64,000 bases of DNA from Chloroflexota bacterium (lineage in GTDB: Bacteria > Chloroflexota > Limnocylindria > P2-11E): contig VBDQ01000024.1 of the NCBI GenBank assembly GCA_005889075.1, positions 6,522 through 70,521 of the forward strand, given 5' to 3'. Positions 51,122 through 59,215 of the stretch are shown here, piece after piece (the first letter of the stretch is position 1; the number at the start of each line of letters is the position of its first letter). The notes below the pieces were generated by a model. That model made no database searches. It was not told the origin of the DNA and saw only the letters and a list, made by a program, of their open reading frames with translations. The translations under genes and the position numbers were made by a program.

Positions 51122-51721
51122 TTGGCGCATCCGGTGGTCGAGCAGCTGCGCTTCACCCGCGGGGAGTGGCTGCGCGGATTGCGTGGCGTGAGCGAGGCCG
51201 ACGGCGCCCGGCACTTCGGGCAGATGAACTCGATCAGCTGGATCGTCGGCCATCTGACCTGGCAGGAGCAGCGCTACCTGCTGCATCGGCCTCAGGGCAT
51301 CATGTTGCGTCCCGACATCCAGGCTGAGTTCGTCTCCGGCGGTCCGATGAGCACGCCCTCGCTCCGCGACATGCTCGCAGCGTGGCGGAAGGTGACCGCG
51401 ACGACGGAAGATTTTCTGGACAGGCTTACGACGCAGGCGCTTCTCGTCGACCTGCCGCTCGATGGAAAAAGAACGGGGCAGAGCCAGGGCTCGGCGATCC
51501 GTCGCATGACGTATCACTACTGGTATCACATCGGCGAGATCCAGGCGATCCGCCAGATGCTCGGCCAGCAGAAGCTCCCGATCTACGTCGGAGCGATCGA
51601 AGTGAAAGCGCCGTATCGCTCGGAAGCTACGCGCGTCGCAGCGCGACGGGCGGCACGTACTCGTCGACGAGGTCGCGGTGCCACCACGCCCCGGTCTCGC
51701 GCCGCTCCGCGGAAGTTGTGA
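51122..51721 (+). CDS. DinB family (DUF664-like) protein
   Basis: TTG at 51122, 7 nt after AGGAG. IVGHL and YHYWYHIGE motifs. The 3' tail overlaps the convergent gene. Confidence 0.65.
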   Translation: MAHPVVEQLRFTRGEWLRGLRGVSEADGARHFGQMNSISWIVGHLTWQEQRYLLHRPQGIMLRPDIQAEFVSGGPMSTPSLRDMLAAWRKVTATTEDFLDRLTTQALLVDLPLDGKRTGQSQGSAIRRMTYHYWYHIGEIQAIRQMLGQQKLPIYVGAIEVKAPYRSEATRVAARRAARTRRRGRGATTPRSRAAPRKL

Positions 51722-53051
51722 AGCGATAGAGGTAGAGCCGCGCGCGGACGAATCGCGGCCGCTTTCCTGCGAAGGGGTCCGCGCGCAGCAGGCGAAGGAC
51801 AGCGCGGTCCGCTTCGAGCAGCTTTCCGAGCAGCGGCATGAACCACTCGTGGTACATCGGCGAGCTCATGGCCGCGAACCACATCAGCCAGTCGAGCCGC
51901 AGGTGATACGGCGCGAACTGGGGCGGGCGGCGGCGGACGTCGCCGGGCTTTCCTTTGAACTCGTACTCCCGCCACGTCGTTTGCGCGGTGAGCGGCAGCG
52001 CGTCCGTGCCCTCGATGACGATCTCGTACCGCTCTTTGGTGATCGAACCGAAGGCGCCGTACGTCCCGACGATGTGGAGCGGATCGAAGCTGTAGTTCAT
52101 CAGCTGGTGGCGTGACACCAGGTTCCGCGCCGGGCGGTAGCTGAGCAGCAGGATGAGCGCCGTGACGATCAGCGCAAGCGCGAGGTAGGGCACCGGAAGC
52201 TCGAGGGCGCCGGGTGCGGACGGGATCAGACGGCGAAGCGCCGCGTCGTCGAAAGCGGAGATAGCGAGCGCGATCGTGATCACGTTGAGCCACGAGAAGT
52301 TGCCGGAGAGGAGCAGCCACGCCTGCGTGACGGTGATGACGATCCCGGCGAGTGTCGCGATCGGCTGCGGAAAGAACAGGAACCACGGTACGACGAGCTG
52401 TGCGAAGTGGTTGCCGAGCACCTCCGCGCGGTGAAGCCGCTTGGGCAGGTGATGGAAATACCAGCTCAGCGGATTTGGCATGGGCTGCGTCTCGTGGTGG
52501 TAGTAGAGGCAGGTGAGGTCGCGCCAGCAGCGATCGCCGCGCATCTTGATCAGCCCCGCGCCGAACTCGACCCGAAAGAGGAGCCATCTGAGCAGCACGA
52601 TGAGCGGGAAGAACGGTGTCACGCTCGCGGGGCCGAGGAAGATCGCGAGGAACCCGGTCTCGCACAGGAGCGATTCCCAGCCGAACGCGTAGAAGGTCTG
52701 GCCGACGTTCACGATCGAGAGATAGAGCGCCCAGAGCGCCGCCCACCACGCCATCGTGAGCGGGAGCGGAAGAAGGTCGGGCGCGCCGACGATCGCGCCC
52801 GCGGCAAGGGCGAACCCGGTCCACGCGACCGCGAGAAGGATTCGATCGGAGTAACGGACGTAGAAGAGGCTCGGCGAGCGACGGAACGGGACCGCACGAA
52901 TGAAATCGGGAACGGGGAGCAGCCCGTGCTCGCCGAGGAGGGGACGGAACTGGTTGACCGCGACCAGGAACGCGACGAGATAGATCGCGGCGAGCGCACG
53001 CTGAAAGACGAGGCGGGTCAGCCAGTAGTCCGATGCGCCGAGCCAGTCCAT
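51627..53051 (-). CDS. lipase maturation factor family (DUF1222) membrane protein
   Basis: Multi-TM protein. The N-terminus YWLTRLVFQRALAAIYLVAFLVAVNQFRPLLGEHGLLP is typical of the LMF family. ATG 53051 is preferred over 53159, which would overlap the divergent gene. Confidence 0.7.
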   Translation of the reverse strand: MDWLGASDYWLTRLVFQRALAAIYLVAFLVAVNQFRPLLGEHGLLPVPDFIRAVPFRRSPSLFYVRYSDRILLAVAWTGFALAAGAIVGAPDLLPLPLTMAWWAALWALYLSIVNVGQTFYAFGWESLLCETGFLAIFLGPASVTPFFPLIVLLRWLLFRVEFGAGLIKMRGDRCWRDLTCLYYHHETQPMPNPLSWYFHHLPKRLHRAEVLGNHFAQLVVPWFLFFPQPIATLAGIVITVTQAWLLLSGNFSWLNVITIALAISAFDDAALRRLIPSAPGALELPVPYLALALIVTALILLLSYRPARNLVSRHQLMNYSFDPLHIVGTYGAFGSITKERYEIVIEGTDALPLTAQTTWREYEFKGKPGDVRRRPPQFAPYHLRLDWLMWFAAMSSPMYHEWFMPLLGKLLEADRAVLRLLRADPFAGKRPRFVRARLYLYRFTTSAERRETGAWWHRDLVDEYVPPVALRRA

Positions 53052-53075
53052 CGGCGCGGCTAGGCTAATCGGGCG

Positions 53076-53483
53076 GTGGACCGGACCGTCGAACGGGCGC
53101 TCCGCGATGCTTCGGAGCTCGAGCTCGTGACGAGCGGCCGCGCGAGCGGCCGCGAACATTCGGTGCGGCTCCTGTTCGCGTACGACGACGGCCTGATCTG
53201 GCTACGCACGGACGAACGGCCACCGCCGCCCGACGCGAGTGGCGTGCGCCGGCGCACTGGCCGCGAGCGGGACCCTGATTGGCTCCGCAACCTCGTCGCA
53301 GCGCCCACCGCCGAGGTACGCGTGGGCGGCCTCACGCTCGCCGTCCGGTACGAAGCCTCGAGCGATCCGGTGGCGGACCTCGGGCGCGTGGTCGAGCTCA
53401 TGCGAACGAAGTACGGGGCGGACTGGGTCGAGGACTGGTATATCGATCGCGGACGCGTGCCGGTGAGGCTGCGCGTCGAGTGA
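53076..53483 (+). CDS. DUF385/deazaflavin-dependent nitroreductase-family protein
   Basis: 135 aa. A DWLRNL...P.AEVRVGG motif resembles the Ddn/DUF385 split-barrel family. Confidence 0.55.
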   Translation: MDRTVERALRDASELELVTSGRASGREHSVRLLFAYDDGLIWLRTDERPPPPDASGVRRRTGRERDPDWLRNLVAAPTAEVRVGGLTLAVRYEASSDPVADLGRVVELMRTKYGADWVEDWYIDRGRVPVRLRVE

Positions 53484-53508
53484 TCCTTTGCGAAGGGTCG
53501 ACAATGGG

Positions 53509-54861
53509 ATGGTGAACGGAATCAGATCGTTGGCGCGCGGAACGGCCGCGCTGCTCGCCGCGGTGGGTGCGGTCGGACTGGGCGCCTCGGCGTTCGGCGC
53601 CGGTTCGGGGCCGATCGTCGTCGGTCACATCTCGGGAGAGATCAATCCGATCACGGCGCGGTACGTCGACCGCGTAGTCGGCGACGGCGAAGAGAACGCC
53701 GCTGCGGCCGTGATCTTCATCATCGACACACCGGGCGGCGACATCGACTCCACGTACAAGATCACCGCGCGATTCCTTGCCGCGCGGGTCCCGATCGTGA
53801 CTTTCGTCGCTCCACAGGGCGCTCGGGCGGCGTCAGCCGGCACCTTCATCACGCTCGCGGGGAACGTCGCCGCAATGGCACCCGCTACCAACATCGGCGC
53901 GGCGCACCCGGTCGATTCGAACGGGAATGACATCCAGGGTGACCTTCGCACGAAGATCGAGAACGACGCCGTGGCGCACATCGTGAACATCGCGAAGGCG
54001 CGCGGCCGCAACGAGCAGTGGGCCGAGGACGCGGTGCGCAAAAGCGTAAGCGCGCGGGTGGACGAAGCGCTTGCCCAGAACGTCGTCGACCTTCAGGCCA
54101 ACGACGTCCCGGACCTCGCGGCGAAGATGGATGGCCGTACGGCGAAGACCGCGGCGGGCGATGTCGTCCTCGCCACCAAGGCCGCGCCGATCGAGGACGA
54201 CGCTCTCAATCCGATCGAGAGCCTGCTGCACTTCGTCGTCGACCCCCAGATCGCGGTGCTGCTGTTCACGCTCGGCACGTACGGGCTGATCTTCGAGCTC
54301 TCGAACCCTGGTTTGATCTTTCCGGGGATCGTCGGTGTGATCGCGATCTTCCTGGCGCTCTTCGCCTTCGGCACGCTCGACGCGAACGGCGCGGGGATCG
54401 CGTTCATGGTGTTCGCGATCGTCCTCTTCGCTCTCGAGATCAAGCTACCGGCGCACGGCCTCCTGACCGTCGGAGGCATCGTCTCGCTGCTGCTCGGGCT
54501 CGTGATCCTGTTCCCGCCGTTTAGGCCAACCTTCCCGGGCGTGCGGGCGACCGTCGATCCCGCGATCATCGCGGTCGTCGTTGCCGTCACCGCGGGCTTC
54601 TTCGTGTTCCTCGTGCGGATGGCCGCGCGCCTGCTTCGCCAGCCCGGCCTCGTTCCGGTACCTCTCCTCGGCCTAGTGGGGGTCGCGAAGAGCGACATCG
54701 CCCCGCAGGGTGTTGCCTACGTCGGAACCGAGGACTGGACTGCCGTCTCCGAAGGAGCCGCGATACCGCGGGGAAGCAAGGTGCGCGTCAAGCGTGTCGA
54801 GGGCATGCGGCTTATCGTCGAACCGGCGCCGGCAGGCGCCGAGGCTAGGGGAGGATCCTGA
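53509..54861 (+). CDS. NfeD family membrane-bound ClpP-class serine protease
   Basis: Signal/TM, ClpP-like domain (IDTPGG, GARAASAGTFI), TM block and C-terminal OB-like NfeD domain. Confidence 0.8.
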   Translation: MVNGIRSLARGTAALLAAVGAVGLGASAFGAGSGPIVVGHISGEINPITARYVDRVVGDGEENAAAAVIFIIDTPGGDIDSTYKITARFLAARVPIVTFVAPQGARAASAGTFITLAGNVAAMAPATNIGAAHPVDSNGNDIQGDLRTKIENDAVAHIVNIAKARGRNEQWAEDAVRKSVSARVDEALAQNVVDLQANDVPDLAAKMDGRTAKTAAGDVVLATKAAPIEDDALNPIESLLHFVVDPQIAVLLFTLGTYGLIFELSNPGLIFPGIVGVIAIFLALFAFGTLDANGAGIAFMVFAIVLFALEIKLPAHGLLTVGGIVSLLLGLVILFPPFRPTFPGVRATVDPAIIAVVVAVTAGFFVFLVRMAARLLRQPGLVPVPLLGLVGVAKSDIAPQGVAYVGTEDWTAVSEGAAIPRGSKVRVKRVEGMRLIVEPAPAGAEARGGS

Positions 54862-55766
54862 TGCAACTAACCGGTGTCGTCGCGCTCATCCTCGTGGTTA
54901 TCGCGATCATCATCCTGCGGGCGATCATTCACATCGTCCCGCAGTTCCAGCGGCTTGTGGTGTTCTCTTTCGGACGGTTCCAGGGCATGTACGGTCCGGG
55001 TCTCGTGATCATCGCTCCACCACCGATCCAGACAGTCGCCCAGACGATCGACCTCCGAGAGTTCGTCGTCGAGATCCCGCAGCAGACGTGCATCACCCAG
55101 GACAACGCCCCGATCTCGATCGACTTTCTTATCTACCAGCGGGTCATCGAAGAGCAGGCCAAGGACTCGTTCCTGAACATCCAGAACTTCCGCCAGGCCA
55201 TCCAGGGCATCGCGCAGACGACCCTGCGTGCGGTCATCGGCAACATCCCGCTCGACGATGTCCTCGCCAAGCGCGAGCAGATCAACGAATCACTGCGCGT
55301 CAAGCTCGACGAGATCACCCACCGTTGGGGGGTCAAAGTCACGAATGTCGAGATCAAAGAGCTCACACCGCCTCGCGACGTCCAGGACGCAATGAACCGG
55401 CAGCTCACCGCCGAGCGGACCCGGCGCGCCGCTGTCACCGAGGCCGAGGGCAAGAAGGCGTCGGCCATCCTCGTGGCCGATGGCGCCAAGCAGGCAGCCA
55501 TTCTCGAAGCCGAGGGGGCGCGGCAGGCGGCGATCCTGCGCGCGGAAGGATTCGCTCTCGCGCTGTCGACGATCAATCAGCAGGCGATGAACGCCGACGC
55601 GCGCACGATGACGCTTCAGTACTTCAACACGCTCAATCAGCTTGGCGCCTCGCCAGCGACGAAGTTCATCATCCCGACCGAATTCACTAACCTCGCCGGG
55701 CCGATCGCCGCGCTCGTGACGGCGCGCGGCGATGGCGACGGCGGTCAGAAGAAGGCGGGCACCTAA
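54861..55766 (+). CDS. SPFH/band-7 (stomatin-like) protein
   Basis: TGATG junction with nfeD. PHB-domain motifs (RVKLDEIT..WG.KV..VEIKE) and an Ala-rich coiled coil. Confidence 0.9.
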   Translation: MQLTGVVALILVVIAIIILRAIIHIVPQFQRLVVFSFGRFQGMYGPGLVIIAPPPIQTVAQTIDLREFVVEIPQQTCITQDNAPISIDFLIYQRVIEEQAKDSFLNIQNFRQAIQGIAQTTLRAVIGNIPLDDVLAKREQINESLRVKLDEITHRWGVKVTNVEIKELTPPRDVQDAMNRQLTAERTRRAAVTEAEGKKASAILVADGAKQAAILEAEGARQAAILRAEGFALALSTINQQAMNADARTMTLQYFNTLNQLGASPATKFIIPTEFTNLAGPIAALVTARGDGDGGQKKAGT

Positions 55767-56021
55767 AGACGGCGCTCGCGGAGAAGGTGTCGCCACGCTC
55801 GGCCAGATCGCGTGGCGTCCACCTCCTGCCTCGAGGCGGGCACGGCCATCGGCCGGACCTTCGCTCGAGCCCGGAAGGGTGAGTACACGCGTGGCGGCAC
55901 CCGCCAGGGGGCGGATGCCGCCAGCGTGTGGCGTGGTGATGGGGAGGGGGTCTCCCCTGGGCGAAGGGACCAGAGAACGAGCGATGCGACAGCCACGAAA
56001 CACCTCGATTGGGAGAGAGTT

Positions 56022-56055
56022 CGAACGGGTGTTCGCATGATAGAACGGATGTTCA
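56022..56055. promoter_or_regulatory. two tandem LexA (Cheo-type) SOS boxes
   Basis: CGAAC-GGGT-GTTCG (56022-56035) and AGAAC-GGAT-GTTCA (56042-56055). Both have perfect GAAC-N4-GTTC cores with centres 20 bp apart, in a 330-nt intergenic region. Confidence 0.65.
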
Positions 56056-56092
56056 CCATGTCAAGCGTGACGGATACTGGGGTTCTGACGGG

Positions 56093-56692
56093 GTGACGAC
56101 GCTCCTTGGCGCGCAGATCCTGCCGCAACGGCCTAGGTTCGTCCGCGAGCGCGCGGAGCTACCCGGCCACATCCTGGAGCCGGCCTGGGCGGGTACCCGG
56201 GTGCTCGTCCGGATCGGCCACGGCGAGCCGCATTTCCTCGGCTATGAGGGCCCCGTGGACGGTCCGCGTGAGCTCTACGAGGCCATCGTCGCGGTGGCAC
56301 GGTGCGAGACCGCGACCCTCGACGGCGTCCTCGTCGACGACTGGAAAGACGAGAGCGATCTCGAGGTCGATGACTCCGGCAACGCCTATACCCGACAGTT
56401 CGGCAGCCGTCAGATCTTCGCGGCGTTCGACCTGCTCGAGGTCGACGCAGAGGGGCTCCTCGAGGTCCCGCTCCTCGAGCGCAAACGCCACCTCGAGGGA
56501 GTCTTGACGTCGAGCCAGAACGTCCGGCTCACGCCGTTCGTGACCCGCGCGCTACGGACGTGGCACGACACGCTCGTGACGCAGGGATTCCGGCGCGCGG
56601 TGCTCAAGAATTGGAACAGCTCCTACGCCCCCGGCAAGACGAACGATGATTGGCTCCTGGTTGAGAAGCTGAAGGCGCCACCACCCCGATGA
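56093..56692 (+). CDS. ATP-dependent DNA ligase-like protein with substituted catalytic motifs
   Basis: The ORF is 56009..56692. GTG 56093 is the first start downstream of the SOS boxes. The LigD/LigC-like scaffold is visible: FAAFDLLEVD.EGLLEVPLLERKRHL, and SSYAPGKTNDDWLLVEKLK. Motif I reads EPAWAG instead of EPKWDG. Confidence 0.55.
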   Translation: MTTLLGAQILPQRPRFVRERAELPGHILEPAWAGTRVLVRIGHGEPHFLGYEGPVDGPRELYEAIVAVARCETATLDGVLVDDWKDESDLEVDDSGNAYTRQFGSRQIFAAFDLLEVDAEGLLEVPLLERKRHLEGVLTSSQNVRLTPFVTRALRTWHDTLVTQGFRRAVLKNWNSSYAPGKTNDDWLLVEKLKAPPPR

Positions 56693-56705
56693 TGCGGAGG
56701 CTTGC

Positions 56706-57980
56706 GTGAAGACATCGGCAGCGGTCATCGATCACACCCAGCGGGATCCATGGGAGGTGGCGCTCGAACAGTTCGGCATCGCTGCCGACAAGCTTCATCT
56801 CGATCCGAACATGCGCCGGATCCTGAGCACCACCCAGCGCGAGCTCACCGTGCATTTCCCGGTGCGTATGGCCGATGGCGTCGTCCAGGTCTTCACCGGC
56901 TACCGGGTGCAGCACAACACCACCCGCGGTCCAGGGAAGGGCGGGATCCGGTACCACCCGTCGGTCACGCTCAACGAGGTCAAGGCGCTCGCGATGTGGA
57001 TGACCTGGAAGTGCGCGGTCGTCGGCATCCCGTACGGTGGTGCGAAGGGCGGCGTCGTCTGCGACCCGAAGACGATGAGCGCGCAGCAGCTCGAGACTCT
57101 CACGCGCCGCTACACGACGGAGATCGCGCTGCTCATCGGACCGGAGCGCGACATCCCCGCGCCCGACGTCAACACGAATGCGCAGACCATGGCCTGGATC
57201 ATGGACACGTACTCGATGCACCACGGGTACACGGCACTCGCGGTCGTCACAGGGAAGCCGCTCTCGATCGGCGGCAGCGAAGGTCGCAACGAGGCGACAG
57301 CCCGAGGGGCGGTTTACACGATCATCGAGGCCTCGAAGCACCTGGGCATGGATCTGGAGGGCGCACGCGTGGTCGTCCAGGGTTACGGGAACGCCGGCAG
57401 CTTCTCGGCCAAGCTGATGGCCGAGCTCGGCGCCACGATCGTCGGTGTCTCAGATACGAGCGGCGGCATCACGAGCACGAAGGGCATCGATCCCAATCGC
57501 GTCGATGCCTATAAGCGCGAGACCGGAGCGGTCACGGGGTTCCCGGGGAGCGAGAGGATCTCGAACGCGCAGCTTCTCGAGCTCGATTGCGACATCCTCA
57601 TTCCCGCTGCGATCGAGAACCAGATCGGCGAGCACAACGCTCCGCGGATCAAGGCCAAGGTCGTCGCCGAGGCCGCGAACGGGCCGACCAGCCCAGAGGC
57701 CGACCGCATCCTGCACGACAAGGGTGTATTCCTGATCCCGGACATCCTCTGCAACGCCGGCGGCGTCACCGTCTCCTACTTCGAGTGGGTGCAGGATCTA
57801 CAAAACCTTTTCTGGCGCGAAGCGACGATCAACGCCCGCCTCAAAGAAGTCATGGTGAAGTCGTTCAACGACGTGCTGGAGATGTCCAAGAAGCACAAGG
57901 TCGACATGCGCACCGCCGCGTACATGGTGGCCGTCGCCCGCGTCGCCGAGGCAACGCAGACGCGAGGGATATACCCCTAG
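56706..57980 (+). CDS. gdhA: Glu/Leu/Phe/Val dehydrogenase family, glutamate dehydrogenase
   Basis: GPGKGGIRYHP, GGAKGG and GYGNAG motifs. Confidence 0.9.
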   Translation: MKTSAAVIDHTQRDPWEVALEQFGIAADKLHLDPNMRRILSTTQRELTVHFPVRMADGVVQVFTGYRVQHNTTRGPGKGGIRYHPSVTLNEVKALAMWMTWKCAVVGIPYGGAKGGVVCDPKTMSAQQLETLTRRYTTEIALLIGPERDIPAPDVNTNAQTMAWIMDTYSMHHGYTALAVVTGKPLSIGGSEGRNEATARGAVYTIIEASKHLGMDLEGARVVVQGYGNAGSFSAKLMAELGATIVGVSDTSGGITSTKGIDPNRVDAYKRETGAVTGFPGSERISNAQLLELDCDILIPAAIENQIGEHNAPRIKAKVVAEAANGPTSPEADRILHDKGVFLIPDILCNAGGVTVSYFEWVQDLQNLFWREATINARLKEVMVKSFNDVLEMSKKHKVDMRTAAYMVAVARVAEATQTRGIYP

Positions 57981-59089
57981 CGGAAGGACACCGCCGCGAG
58001 CAGCTGCTCGCCCGTCATGGGGACCGGAGCGGTGCGACCAGACGCGAGATCGATCGCGGCCGCGGTGCGTCCCTGGTCCGAGCTCACGATCGCGATCGCC
58101 CCATCTTCGCTGACCAGCAGGTCGCTCGCGTTCGGCAATCCGCGAGCAACGACGCGATGGTCCCCGCCCGCGGCGGGCCAGAGCTCGAGACGGTCGGCGA
58201 TCGAGACCACGATGTCCGTCGCGCCCGGGCGCCATCGAGCGAAAGCGATGCGGTCGCCAGGATTGGCGCCGAGCTCGCGGTGGTCCGCGTATGAGGCGAT
58301 GCTCCACACGCGGATGACGACGCCGTTCATGACTCCCAGTACCGCGGTACCGCTCGAGCGGACGGTCGCGGCGGGGATCCCCTCGTCCATGGGCGTGCGC
58401 GCGCTGATCGCGTCCTCGCCGATGACGGCGTACGCGATCGCGGCCCCATCCGCGCCGACGACGCACGAGCCGGTCAGTCGCGAATCGCGATCCCACCCCA
58501 CCGGCCAAAACTGGCTGCCGTCGACGAGGCGGGCGATCTCGTGCACACCGCGCGTCGGCGTATCGAGGACCCGGAGCGCCGAGAACGGACTGCCTTGATC
58601 GGCCGTTCCGTTCGCCTCGACGACCAGCAGCAGCCCCGTTCGATCGACCGACCACACCGCCGAGGCGCCCCGCTCGCCCTGCAACAGCGAGAGCATCGCT
58701 GCGTCCTGATCCGGCGCGGTCGCATCGAATACGCGCAACTCGCGCGTATCGGACGCATTCGCGACCCAATAGGCGACCCGCCGGCCCGTCCCCGAAACGG
58801 CGCCGATGAACCCCTGGCCGTGAAGGGACGTGATCGGGGCGGCGTCGGTCTCGCGCCGCAGCGACGCGGGCGCGTCCTTTCCCGCGAGCGCGATGAAGCC
58901 CCGCGTGTCCGAGAGCACGGGACCCGACGGAGCGACGACCGGCGTACGCGAGGGACGCGTCGCAGGCGAGGGCGTGGCCGGTGCTTCGGCCGGAAGGGTC
59001 GCCGAGGCGAGGGCGAGCCCGGCGAGCAGAGCCATGAGCACGACGACGGCCGTCCAGAAAAGCGCCGGCCGTGGGTTGCGATCACGCAC
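57977..59089 (-). CDS. hypothetical membrane-anchored protein (beta-propeller-like)
   Basis: 370-aa ORF with an N-terminal TM and a Pro/Thr linker. No family recognised. Confidence 0.5.
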   Translation of the reverse strand: MRDRNPRPALFWTAVVVLMALLAGLALASATLPAEAPATPSPATRPSRTPVVAPSGPVLSDTRGFIALAGKDAPASLRRETDAAPITSLHGQGFIGAVSGTGRRVAYWVANASDTRELRVFDATAPDQDAAMLSLLQGERGASAVWSVDRTGLLLVVEANGTADQGSPFSALRVLDTPTRGVHEIARLVDGSQFWPVGWDRDSRLTGSCVVGADGAAIAYAVIGEDAISARTPMDEGIPAATVRSSGTAVLGVMNGVVIRVWSIASYADHRELGANPGDRIAFARWRPGATDIVVSIADRLELWPAAGGDHRVVARGLPNASDLLVSEDGAIAIVSSDQGRTAAAIDLASGRTAPVPMTGEQLLAAVSFR

Positions 59090-59215
59090 TGACCACCGCT
59101 CGCCCGCACGGTCGGTGCCAGCCGGTACCCTTGTGATGGCGCGTCCTGGCGACGCGACGACAGACCGCCCGCTCGGCGGCTAGATCGGCGACCTCTGGAA
59201 CGCGACCTCGTCGCG

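Noticed and set aside
55939-55962. The G-rich hairpin GGGGAGGGGGTCTCCCCTGGG as a possible fifth copy of the repeat family. GGGGGCCCC at 34285-34293 was also considered.
   Set aside because: These have short stems and no similarity to the family consensus in flanks or loop.
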